From contig JAYQVF010000004.1 of NCBI GenBank assembly GCA_038148335.1, positions 1 to 50,364 of the forward strand: a stretch of 50,364 nucleotides of DNA, in the 5' to 3' direction. Below the pieces are notes generated by a model that searched no databases, was not told where the DNA came from, and worked only from the letters and a program-made list of their open reading frames with translations. This DNA is from Alphaproteobacteria bacterium. GTDB taxonomy: Bacteria > Pseudomonadota > Alphaproteobacteria > SHVP01. This document shows, one piece after another, positions 8,730 through 16,971 of this stretch. Position numbers and translations under genes: made by a program. Numbering within the stretch: position 1 is the first letter of the stretch; every line of letters starts with the position of its first letter.

Positions 8730-9554
8730 TTATTCCGACCAAGGGGTCGGCTGTTTGGGGATTTCCTTGCCGTCGACGGTAATCGAGTCCACGCGCTCGT
8801 TGAAGAAGCAGAGCATGTCCCGAATCTTCGGGATCTCCGCGATGGGGTCGGGGTAATACCACACGATGTCCTCGTAGGTCTTGCCGCCGGCGTTGACCGA
8901 GTAGTAGCGCGCCGTGCCCTTGTATGGGCAGCCCGTCTGCAGTTCGGAGTGAGTCAGGTCAGCCGTGACGTCGACGCGCGGGATGTAGTAGCGCGTCGGC
9001 AAGCCCGTCTCGAACAGAAAGACGGCGTTCGTCGTGTCGGCAACGACCTCGCTGCCGAGCGTCACCTGGACGCGGCGCGAGGAGGGAATGGTATCGATGC
9101 GTTTGTAGGGGTCGCGGGGGTGTACGAAGATTTCTTCGTCTTCCTCGAACCAGTGGTCCATTCGTCCCCAATAGAACGCCACCAGTCCTTTCAGTTCGGG
9201 CTGGGCCGGAAGCGGGTCCTCGTAGCCCCAGACTGCGTTTTCCGCTTCGCGGTCGTCGACCCGGACGGTCCAGTACGAAGCGTCGCCCTTGTAGGGGCAG
9301 TGCGTGGAGTGATCCGTCTTGTGCAGCAGGTCCATCCGGACGTCCGCCGTCGGGAAATAGTAGATCGGTAGATGGCCGTCTTCGAACAGGAGCCGCATGT
9401 TGCTGGAGTCGGCGACGGTTTCGCCGTTGAAGACGACCCGAACGCGCCGCGGACTGCGATCGACGATCACGGCATGGCCGTCGCCCTGCCGTCCGGGGTG
9501 GGCGACCTTGAGGCCCTTGATGCGCTTGTTCGCAGGTGATTCGGCCATCGCCAT
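8730..9554 (-). CDS. tandem DUF427 domain protein
   Basis: Two repeats each with YYxP and CPYKG.A.Y; start moved to ATG 9554 after GGAGG. Confidence 0.9.
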   Translation of the reverse strand: MAMAESPANKRIKGLKVAHPGRQGDGHAVIVDRSPRRVRVVFNGETVADSSNMRLLFEDGHLPIYYFPTADVRMDLLHKTDHSTHCPYKGDASYWTVRVDDREAENAVWGYEDPLPAQPELKGLVAFYWGRMDHWFEEDEEIFVHPRDPYKRIDTIPSSRRVQVTLGSEVVADTTNAVFLFETGLPTRYYIPRVDVTADLTHSELQTGCPYKGTARYYSVNAGGKTYEDIVWYYPDPIAEIPKIRDMLCFFNERVDSITVDGKEIPKQPTPWSE

Positions 9555-9692
9555 GTTCTCGCCCTCCATCGGTTGCTTTTGCGTCATTCTAGGGAGCGGT
9601 GCCGAGGCCGCCAAACCACGGGTCGGCGAGCCATTGCCCAAGCGCCTGGGGGTCCATATAAGTCCCTGAAATACAAGGAAGGGGAGAAGGCG

Positions 9693-10529
9693 ATGCACGA
9701 TTCCATCAAGGACAAGGTGGTCATCATTACCGGCGGTGGCCGCGGGTTAGGACGGGCCATGGCATTGGGGCTCGTCGAGCAGGGCGCCAAGGTGGCGATC
9801 ACCGCTGCGAGGGAAGGCGTCGAACTGAAGCAGACGGCGGCTGACTGTGCGGCGATCGGCGGCGAGGACTGCGTGCTCCCCCTCCAGGCCGACGTCTCGA
9901 ACGTCGGCGATTGCGAACGCGTCATGGCCGATACCAAAAAGAAATGGGGCCACCTGCACGTCGTCGTCAACAACGCCGGCCGCGGCATGACGTACGTGCA
10001 TCCCAACTTCGTCAAGGAGCGCCCGCCGTTCTGGAGCATCCCCACCGACACGTGGCTGATGATGATCGACACCAACATCAACGGCGTCTTCAACATGGCC
10101 AAGGCTGCCGTGCCGTATCTCCAGGAAGAGGGGTGGGGACGCATCGTTAACGTCTCGACCAGCCTCATTACGATGCAACGCCGTGGTTATGCCCCCTACG
10201 GGGCGTCGAAGTGGGCGGTCGAAGGCATGACGATGATCATGGCCCAGGACCTCGAGGACACCGACATCACCGTCAATGCACTGTTGCCGGGTGGTGCGAC
10301 CGATACGGCGATGATCCCCGGCAAGGTCGGCGACAAGAACCGCGCCGGCGCCGACGGCAATCTGTTCGAGCCTGTGATCATGGTGCCGCCGATCCAGTAT
10401 CTCGTGTCCGACCTTTCCAATGGCAAGCGCGGCGACCGCTACGTTGCGAAGTTGTGGGACTTGAGCCTGCCGCCGGAGGAAGCGGCGTCCAAGGTGCGAT
10501 TCCCGATCAAGCGGAATCGGCAGTACTAG
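9693..10529 (+). CDS. SDR family oxidoreductase
   Basis: TGGGRGLG, VNNAG, YGASK; purine-rich SD before ATG 9693. Confidence 0.92.
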   Translation: MHDSIKDKVVIITGGGRGLGRAMALGLVEQGAKVAITAAREGVELKQTAADCAAIGGEDCVLPLQADVSNVGDCERVMADTKKKWGHLHVVVNNAGRGMTYVHPNFVKERPPFWSIPTDTWLMMIDTNINGVFNMAKAAVPYLQEEGWGRIVNVSTSLITMQRRGYAPYGASKWAVEGMTMIMAQDLEDTDITVNALLPGGATDTAMIPGKVGDKNRAGADGNLFEPVIMVPPIQYLVSDLSNGKRGDRYVAKLWDLSLPPEEAASKVRFPIKRNRQY

Positions 10530-10537
10530 GCGCGGCC

Positions 10538-11344
10538 ATGGCGTCCGATCCTTACGCCAAGATCGCCGACACGGATCCCACTGTCGTCCGCACGATCGCG
10601 GACCGGCTTGAGGTCCGCGCCGCGCACCCCGACCAGCGCGCGATGCTCGATGCCTATCTCGGCGATATCGCGTGGATCGAGGGCGCGCGCGCCATCGAGA
10701 TCGGATGCGGCACCGGGCCGGTTTCGCGCGTCATGGCGGCGCGCCCTGAGCCGGCGTCCGTTCTCGGACTTGATCCGTCGCCGATCCTGGTCGAGCGGGC
10801 GCGCGAGCTTGCCGCCGGGATCGACAAGCTCTCGTTCGAGGTGGGCGACGCCCGCAACCTCGGCTACGGCGACGGGTCGTTCGACGTCGCGGTCTTCCAC
10901 ACCTCGCTTTGTCATATTCCCGGCCCCGAAGCGGCGCTTGCGGAAGCATTCCGCGTCCTGAAACCGGGTGGCTGGCTTGCCGTCTTCGATGGCGACTACG
11001 CGACGGCTACCGTCGGGATTGCCGAACACGATCCGCTGCAGGCGTGTTCGCGCGCCGTCACCGAACACAACGTCATGGACCGCTGGCTCGTGCGGCGTCT
11101 GCCGAGCCTGATCAAAAAAGCCGGTTTCTCGGTGGAGCGGTTCCGGAGCCATGGCTATGCCGAGGTGATCGATCCCGTCTACATGCTGGGCCATGCGGAA
11201 CGCGGCGCCGAGGTGCTGGCCGCGCAGGGCATCATCGGCGACGATCTTGCCGAAGCGCTCAAGCGTGAAGCGCGGCGCCGTGCCGCAGAAGGCGCCTTCT
11301 TCGGGCACATCGCTTACGCCAGCGTAGCGGCCCGCAAGGCCTAG
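10538..11344 (+). CDS. class I SAM-dependent methyltransferase (UbiE-like)
   Basis: EIGCGTG, GDARNL, DGSFD, RVLKPGG. Confidence 0.9.
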   Translation: MASDPYAKIADTDPTVVRTIADRLEVRAAHPDQRAMLDAYLGDIAWIEGARAIEIGCGTGPVSRVMAARPEPASVLGLDPSPILVERARELAAGIDKLSFEVGDARNLGYGDGSFDVAVFHTSLCHIPGPEAALAEAFRVLKPGGWLAVFDGDYATATVGIAEHDPLQACSRAVTEHNVMDRWLVRRLPSLIKKAGFSVERFRSHGYAEVIDPVYMLGHAERGAEVLAAQGIIGDDLAEALKREARRRAAEGAFFGHIAYASVAARKA

Positions 11345-11751
11345 AAGATTTTCGACTTGTCCTTGTAAGACTTGAATTCCAGGTAATTGCCGGCGGGATC
11401 GGCGACGAACATGTTGCCGACGGTTCCGATGTCGGCATGATCCTTGACGTTGGGTTCGATGCGGAACGCGATGCCCTTGCTGCGCAGTTTGTTGGCCAGC
11501 GTGTTCCAGTCCTCCCAGTCCATGATCAGGCCGAAGTGCTTGTAGGGCTCGACACCGGGGTCGGCCTTGCTGGGTTCCACTTCGTCCGGAGCCTCGATCA
11601 GAACCATCTGGGCTCCGAAGAAGTTCACCACCGCGTAGCCTTTATCTTCTTCGCTCGGTCGCTCGCGGCAGCCCAGGGTGTTCACATAGAAGTCGCGCGC
11701 TTGCGCCAGGTCGTCGACCGCAAAGGCCACGTGAAAAACGGCATCCTGCAT
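11341..11751 (-). CDS. VOC/glyoxalase family protein
   Basis: FHVAFAVDDL..AR.FY..LG, HFGLI, FVADPAGNYLEFK. Confidence 0.88.
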   Translation of the reverse strand: MQDAVFHVAFAVDDLAQARDFYVNTLGCRERPSEEDKGYAVVNFFGAQMVLIEAPDEVEPSKADPGVEPYKHFGLIMDWEDWNTLANKLRSKGIAFRIEPNVKDHADIGTVGNMFVADPAGNYLEFKSYKDKSKIF

Positions 11752-11816
11752 GGCTTCCTCCCTCGATCCCCGCAGCCTAGGGCGTGGGTCGCCGGTCATG
11801 CAACCGAAGCCGCGGA

Positions 11817-11845
11817 TTGACCGGTCGTTGGCGAGGTACTCTAAT
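11817..11845 (+). promoter_or_regulatory. putative sigma70 promoter of a leaderless mRNA (beta-N paralogue 1)
   Basis: TTGACC-N17-TCTAAT-N7-ATG; no SD at normal spacing. Confidence 0.5.
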
Positions 11846-11852
11846 CGCCGAC

Positions 11853-12155
11853 ATGCCAGGACCGCACGATCTTGGCGGGATCGACTTTGGGCCGATCACC
11901 CGCGAAGACCACATCCGCAGCGATTGGGACAACCGCGTCGACGCGATGCAGCGGATTTTGCGCGAGTCGGGGTTGTGGACCGTCGACGAACTGCGCCGCG
12001 CCATCGAATCGCTGGCACCCGCGGACTACTACGCCTTCAGCTACTACGAGAAGTGGCTCTCTGCGATCCACCTGCTGTTGAAGGAGAAGGGCGTTCTGAC
12101 GGCAGGCGAGATCGAGGGCAGGATTGCCGAACTCAGGAAACGCCCAGCGAACTGA
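11853..12155 (+). CDS. nitrile hydratase beta N-terminal-like / thiocyanate hydrolase beta (ScnB)-like subunit, stand-alone paralogue
   Basis: 100 aa; HDLGG..FGP, W..RVDA, DELRRAIE, SYYEKW, EKG.LT. Confidence 0.85.
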   Translation: MPGPHDLGGIDFGPITREDHIRSDWDNRVDAMQRILRESGLWTVDELRRAIESLAPADYYAFSYYEKWLSAIHLLLKEKGVLTAGEIEGRIAELRKRPAN

Positions 12156-12176
12156 ATCGCGCCCGTCTTGGCAACG

Positions 12177-13241
12177 CTAGAACGGCTGCACCACCACCAT
12201 GACGACGATAAGCGCGCCCAGACCGGCGGCGGTGACAGCGCCCAAGTCGAAACCGAGGGCGGTTCGCGCCATACCGCCACGGGCGAACTGCCGGTAGGCG
12301 ACGACGAACGCGCCGTGGAGGGCAAGCAGCCCGACAACGGCGGCAAGCTTCACCCATAGCCAGATCGAAGCGAAATCGGGCTCGCCCGGAATGACGAGCA
12401 GGACGGCGCCGAACAGCATCGCGAGGATCATGGCGGGGGCGATCACAAGGCGCAGGATCGCGCGCTCTGCCCGGCCGAGCGATTCCGCCGCCACCATGCC
12501 GCGCACATGGGCGGCATAGAGCACGGGCAGGCACACCATGGCGCCGATCCAGATCGTTGCCGCAATGATGTGAAGGGCGATGATCCACGGGCGGAACGAC
12601 GCCCAGTCGGTGATCATTTCCTCCAGAGAGGCGCTGCCGCCGGTCCAGATCATCTCCAACGAGATATAGAAGATAAGAAGAACGCCGATATAGGCGATCC
12701 AGCGGTACTTCTGCAGGATGCGGGCCACGAGGATCGCGGCGGTTCCCATCAGGGCAACCGAAAGGACGAGGCCGACGACCAGAACCCAGGGGTGTTCGTG
12801 TGCTGCGCCGGCGACGGCCAGCACGTTATCGAGCGACATCGAGACGTCGGCCGCGACAATTTGCAGGGCCGCCTGCGCAAAGGTCTTGGGTTTGGCCCCC
12901 GCGACGGCGCCGCCTTCGAGCGCTTCTTCTCCTTGTGCCTGTTCGGCATGGGCGCCCTCGCGGAGCTCCCGCCATAGCCGCCACGACACCCATAGGAGGA
13001 GCAGGCCGCCCGCTATCAGCAGGCCGAAGACGTTGAGCAGGAATGTCGTGCCAAGAGCAAAACCAATGCGCAAGAGCGTCGCGGCGATGATGCCGATAAG
13101 GATGACTTTTCCGCGCTGGTGGGCTGGAAGGCCGGCCGCCGCCATGCCGACCGCAATGGCGTTGTCCCCGGCCAGGACCAGGTCGATCATGATCACCTGG
13201 CCCAGGTCGGCGAGTTCAGCGGTGCTGATAAAGTCCAGCAT
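12177..13241 (-). CDS. TerC (YjbE-type) membrane protein fused to a HemJ/CopD-like domain
   Basis: N-part IDLVLAGDNA and ADVSMSLDNVLAVAG (TerC); C-part WIIALHII..W...LP, ER..LR.I.PAM, W.WVKL, VVVQPF (HemJ-like). Confidence 0.85.
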   Translation of the reverse strand: MLDFISTAELADLGQVIMIDLVLAGDNAIAVGMAAAGLPAHQRGKVILIGIIAATLLRIGFALGTTFLLNVFGLLIAGGLLLLWVSWRLWRELREGAHAEQAQGEEALEGGAVAGAKPKTFAQAALQIVAADVSMSLDNVLAVAGAAHEHPWVLVVGLVLSVALMGTAAILVARILQKYRWIAYIGVLLIFYISLEMIWTGGSASLEEMITDWASFRPWIIALHIIAATIWIGAMVCLPVLYAAHVRGMVAAESLGRAERAILRLVIAPAMILAMLFGAVLLVIPGEPDFASIWLWVKLAAVVGLLALHGAFVVAYRQFARGGMARTALGFDLGAVTAAGLGALIVVMVVVQPF

Positions 13242-13347
13242 TCAAACCTGTTTCCTGCGGTCGGCGCGAACTCAAGATCGGCGGCGACCGGTCAGCGAAT
13301 AGCAGCCCCGGGAATGGCGCACAAGGGCGGCGCGGGCCATCGGGCTG

Positions 13348-13376
13348 TTGACGGACGAAGCGCGGCAACCTGTAAT
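13348..13376 (+). promoter_or_regulatory. putative sigma70 promoter of a leaderless mRNA (NHase-like operon)
   Basis: TTGACG-N17-TGTAAT-N7-ATG(13384); no SD. Confidence 0.5.
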
Positions 13377-13383
13377 GCGCAAC

Positions 13384-13686
13384 ATGCCTGGACCTCATGA
13401 TATCGGCGGCAAGAACTTCGGACCGGTCGACCGCAGCGAGCACACGCGGACCGATTGGGATGATCGAGTCGACGCGATTCTGAAGCTGATGCTTGCTGGG
13501 CGACGCTTTCGTATCGATGAACTGCGACGCTCAATCGAGTCGCTTTCGGAACAGGACTACATGACGCTCAGCTACTACCAAAAGTGGCTGGTCGCGATGC
13601 GTGGTCTGATGGTCGAAAAAGGCCTCCTGACCGAGGAGGATATCAGCCGCCGTCTCACCGAGCTGCGCAAGAGGAAGGCCGCATGA
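13384..13686 (+). CDS. nitrile hydratase beta N-terminal-like / ScnB-like subunit (operonic copy)
   Basis: 100 aa; HDIGG..FGP, DELRRSIE, SYYQKW; ATGA overlap with the next gene; start chosen by alignment to the paralogue (alternative ATG 13375). Confidence 0.88.
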   Translation: MPGPHDIGGKNFGPVDRSEHTRTDWDDRVDAILKLMLAGRRFRIDELRRSIESLSEQDYMTLSYYQKWLVAMRGLMVEKGLLTEEDISRRLTELRKRKAA

Positions 13687-13970
13687 GTTTCACGTTCGCG
13701 ATTGGTCAAAAGGTTCGAGTCAAGGAAGGCGATCCGCCGGGCCATATCCGCACGCCGTTCTTTCTGCGGGGCAAACGCGGCATGATCGAGGCGCGCCACG
13801 GCGAATTCCGCAACCCGGAAGAGCTGGCGTTCGGCAAGGAAGGGTTGCCCAAGAAGCCCCTTTATCTCGTCACGTTTCGGCAGACCGATGTCTGGCCGCA
13901 CTACACAGGCCCTGCCGGGGACACGGTCAGTGCCGACATCTACGAACATTGGCTCGAAGCCGACGAGTGA
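13683..13970 (+). CDS. nitrile hydratase beta C-terminal SH3-like / thiocyanate hydrolase alpha (ScnA)-like subunit
   Basis: F.IGQKVRV, PGHIRTPFFLRGK.G, PLY.V.F...VW, DIYEHWLE. Confidence 0.88.
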   Translation: MSFTFAIGQKVRVKEGDPPGHIRTPFFLRGKRGMIEARHGEFRNPEELAFGKEGLPKKPLYLVTFRQTDVWPHYTGPAGDTVSADIYEHWLEADE

Positions 13971-13977
13971 GGATACC

Positions 13978-14622
13978 ATGGCCCATTCCCACCATGACCA
14001 CGATCACGATCACGACGACCACGCGCCCATAGAGGCGGCCGGAACCGCCAGCGAATTCGAACTTCTCGAGCAGGCAATTCGCGAGCTGCTGATCGAGAAG
14101 GGCGTGTTTACGGCCGACGACGTTCGTCGGCAGGTTGATGCGACCGACAGCGTCAGTCCGGCTGACGGCGCCAGGGTGGTCGCGCGCGCTTGGGCCAACC
14201 CGGAGTACAAGGCCTGGCTGATTAACGATCCCAAGGCGGCAATCGAGTCGCTCGGCTATGACCTCGGTCCGGCGCCAAACCTCGTGGTTCTTGAGAACTC
14301 CGCCGATCTGCATCATGTCGTCGTCTGCACTCTTTGTTCCTGCTATCCGCGCGTTCTGCTCGGCCCGCCGCCCGACTGGTACAAGAGCAAGGAATACCGG
14401 GGGCGGGTGGTGATCGACCCACGCGGCGTTCTCAAGGAGTTCGGCACGACCCTGCCGAACGACATCGAGATCAAGGTCGTCGATTCAACGGCCGACATGC
14501 GCTATCTGGTGCTGCCGCCGCGCCCCGCCGGGACCGAAGGGATGGCCGAGAAGGACCTGGCTGCCCTGGTGACCCGGGACTGCATGGTCGGCGTGACCCT
14601 GCCCGACGCGCCAGCCCACTAG
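13978..14622 (+). CDS. cobalt-type nitrile hydratase alpha / thiocyanate hydrolase gamma (ScnC)-like subunit
   Basis: VVCTLCSCYP metal claw (Thr/Tyr indicate Co-type), GARVVARAW, WYKS.EYR, DSTADMRYLVLP.RP.GTEG; His/Asp-rich N-terminus. Confidence 0.93.
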   Translation: MAHSHHDHDHDHDDHAPIEAAGTASEFELLEQAIRELLIEKGVFTADDVRRQVDATDSVSPADGARVVARAWANPEYKAWLINDPKAAIESLGYDLGPAPNLVVLENSADLHHVVVCTLCSCYPRVLLGPPPDWYKSKEYRGRVVIDPRGVLKEFGTTLPNDIEIKVVDSTADMRYLVLPPRPAGTEGMAEKDLAALVTRDCMVGVTLPDAPAH

Positions 14623-14633
14623 CCCATGAATTC

Positions 14634-15344
14634 ATGACCGGCACCGTCCGGATCGCGACATCGGACGGCGCCGAGATGGCGGCGCTTTTTTCCGCACCGG
14701 CCCACGTTCCGGCACCCGGCATCGTGGTTCTGCACGAGATCTTCGGCATGACCGAATTCGTGCACAGCCGTCTGCCGCTGCTGAATTCCCAGGGTTATGT
14801 CGCGATGGCTCCCGACCTCTATCACCGGATCGCGCCCGGCGCGTCGTTCGACTACGCGGGCGAGTCGTGGGAACGCGCGTTCGCGACGCGGAACCGTCTC
14901 GACGACGATCTGGCGGTGCGTGACATTGGCCGGGCGATCGAGGCGCTGCGGGCGCGGCCGGAATGCAACGGCAAGGTCGCCGTGGTGGGCTATTGTCTTG
15001 GCGGCCTGCTTGCGTTCCTTGCCGCGGCACGCCTGGACGCCGATGCAAACGTCTGTTTTCACGGCGTTCGCCTTGAGACACGGTTGAACGATGCCGCCGC
15101 CATCCGCGGGCCGCTTCAGATGCATTTTGCCGGCCTTGATCGCTATGCCCCGCCCGAGGTCGTGGCGCAGGTCAAGGCAGCACTGCCGCCGGGCGCCGAC
15201 GTCGAGTGTCTCGACTATCCGGACGCCGACCATGGTTTCAGCCGCGAAGGGCAGCCGGTTTTTCATCCCTCGGCAACTGCGCAGGCCCATGCCGCGCTCT
15301 TTTCATTCCTCGACCGCACTCTTGAGAAAGGATCCCTTGCATGA
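14634..15344 (+). CDS. dienelactone hydrolase family protein
   Basis: HEIFG, APDLY, GYCLGG nucleophile elbow, YPDADHGF. Confidence 0.92.
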   Translation: MTGTVRIATSDGAEMAALFSAPAHVPAPGIVVLHEIFGMTEFVHSRLPLLNSQGYVAMAPDLYHRIAPGASFDYAGESWERAFATRNRLDDDLAVRDIGRAIEALRARPECNGKVAVVGYCLGGLLAFLAAARLDADANVCFHGVRLETRLNDAAAIRGPLQMHFAGLDRYAPPEVVAQVKAALPPGADVECLDYPDADHGFSREGQPVFHPSATAQAHAALFSFLDRTLEKGSLA

Positions 15345-16120
15345 GCGAAACGACAGTGGACTTCAGCCGCCTTGGTCCGGCCCCGGGCGCCCGGGTCGTC
15401 GTGGTCGGCGGTTGTGGCGGGATCGGACGCGAGGTGGTCAAGGCGACCGTCGCGACCGGCGCAAAGACGACGGTGCTCGACCTTGCTGTTTCCCATGAGC
15501 GCCACCCCGGTCCCAACGAGGCCGCTTTCGTCCCGATCGATGCGCATCGCGAGGAAACGATCGTCTCCGCGTACGAGGAGATCGGCAAGGACGGCCCCAT
15601 CGACGCCTTGATCAATCTCGTCGGCTATCGCGACGCGCTCCATCGTCTGACGGATCGGGATTCCGCGTCATGGGACGACATCATTGCGGGCAACTTGCGC
15701 TCGGCCTTCCTCATCTGCCGGCATGCGCTGCCCTTAATGGCCGACGGCAGTGCGCTGGTAAACGTATCGTCCGGGCTCGCCACACGGGTCCTGCCCGGAT
15801 ATGCGCCCTACTCGGCGGCGAAGGCGGGAGTGATCGCGCTGACAAAGGGCATCGCGATGGAAAATGCACCGCGGGTGCGGGCCAATGCGGTCGCGCCGGC
15901 CGCCGTGAAAACGGCCTTTCTCGCTGGGGGCACCGGCCGGGTCGACGAAGAAGAGGGTGATTGGGATAGCGAGTATGGTGGCTACATCAAGACCATTCCG
16001 ATGGGCCGCCTCGCGGTGCCGACGGACATCGTCGGTCCGATCCTGTTCTTGGCCGGTCCGGCGTCCGGGTTCATGACCGGGCAGGTACTATACGTGAACG
16101 GCGGCGGGCTGATGCCTTAG
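15341..16120 (+). CDS. SDR family oxidoreductase
   Basis: GGCGGIG, YSAAKAG, RANAVAP, MTGQVLYVNGG; ATGA overlap with the upstream gene. Confidence 0.9.
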   Translation: MSETTVDFSRLGPAPGARVVVVGGCGGIGREVVKATVATGAKTTVLDLAVSHERHPGPNEAAFVPIDAHREETIVSAYEEIGKDGPIDALINLVGYRDALHRLTDRDSASWDDIIAGNLRSAFLICRHALPLMADGSALVNVSSGLATRVLPGYAPYSAAKAGVIALTKGIAMENAPRVRANAVAPAAVKTAFLAGGTGRVDEEEGDWDSEYGGYIKTIPMGRLAVPTDIVGPILFLAGPASGFMTGQVLYVNGGGLMP

Positions 16121-16384
16121 ACGGGTAGCCAACGTATTGATCTAACGAAAAGAATCGAGCCCAAGTAATTCCGCAAACGAAACGAACGGGGCAGCGCTAG
16201 ACGAATCGACGCGATGTTGCGCGACCCGAAAGTCATCGGTCCCCGCGTCTAGTTCAGGCCCGGCCGCCGAAGTTGCGAGTCGGCGAATCGCGCCTGCATG
16301 AAGTCGATTCGTCATGGAGCCGTGACCTAGCCGTAGTCGTTCAAGTTAACTTCATCTTGTCGAGGGGTGAGTCAATTTTGGCGC

Positions 16385-16422
16385 CAAGGACTCGCTCTCA
16401 GTCGTTGCTTGACGAGTCCTTG
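16385..16422. promoter_or_regulatory. 10-bp inverted repeat overlapping a TTGACG -35-like element upstream of the histone-like gene
   Basis: CAAGGACTCG (16385-16394) and CGAGTCCTTG (16413-16422); TTGACG at 16409-16414. Confidence 0.35.
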
Positions 16423-16548
16423 CGGGAGGTCATTTTTTGCAGTGACTATTGGAGCAAATTTCTGTACGATCTCGCGGACTTGTACGTAGTCTTGCTAGTA
16501 TCGTGTGAAGCAACTTGTCTTTACTAAGGACCATATTGGAGGGTTCTA

Positions 16549-16830
16549 ATGGCGAAAGTCGCAGCCTTGGCCGCAAAGAGAAAGTCCGCTAAGCGGAAAC
16601 CCGCAGCCAAGAAGAAGCCCGCAGCCCGGAAGAAACCGGCGGCTAAAAAGCCAGCGGCACGGAGGAAGACTCGGAAAGCGGCTGCCAAAAAGACAACCAA
16701 GAAGGCTGCCAAAAAGGCCACGAAGAAAAAGGCCACCAAGAAAAAGGCCACCAAGAAAAAGGCCGCCAAGAAGGCCGCCGCTGCAGCGCCCAAGAAGCGC
16801 AAGGCCAAGCGGAAGGCAAAAAAAAAGTAG
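16549..16830 (+). CDS. Lys/Ala-rich histone H1-like nucleoid protein
   Basis: 93 aa of KKPAA/KKAT repeats; GGAGG SD. Confidence 0.8.
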   Translation: MAKVAALAAKRKSAKRKPAAKKKPAARKKPAAKKPAARRKTRKAAAKKTTKKAAKKATKKKATKKKATKKKAAKKAAAAAPKKRKAKRKAKKK

Positions 16831-16930
16831 CTAAATCTTCAACGCTGCACGCGTCGCCCTCGAACATCGTCGTTTACGACAGGTTCGGTCGGCGGCGCGG
16901 CGGCGACTAGTTTCGCAGCCTGGCTGCGAC

Positions 16931-16957
16931 GAAAGGGCGGTCCTTGGGGCCGCCCTT
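16931..16957 (-). terminator. terminator-like hairpin between convergent genes
   Basis: AAGGGCGGTCC-ttg-GGGCCGCCCTT; a second hairpin TCGCAGCC-t-GGCTGCGA lies at 16913-16929. Confidence 0.6.
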
Positions 16958-16971
16958 GCTCTTTGGGGCTG

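Noticed and set aside
12168-12359. ORF MATLERLHHHHDDDKR resembling a His-tag/enterokinase site or metal-binding peptide
   Set aside because: It is the antisense reading of Val/Met codons at the end of the TerC-HemJ gene; TTG start and no SD.
16345-16362. GTTAAC as a possible CtrA site
   Set aside because: No second TTAA half-site at N7 spacing.
16590-16830. Short tandem repeats (AAGAAAAAGGCCACC) and an A-run, considered as a CRISPR array or phase-variable tract
   Set aside because: They encode KKAT/KKK of the histone-like protein; no spacers and no cas genes.
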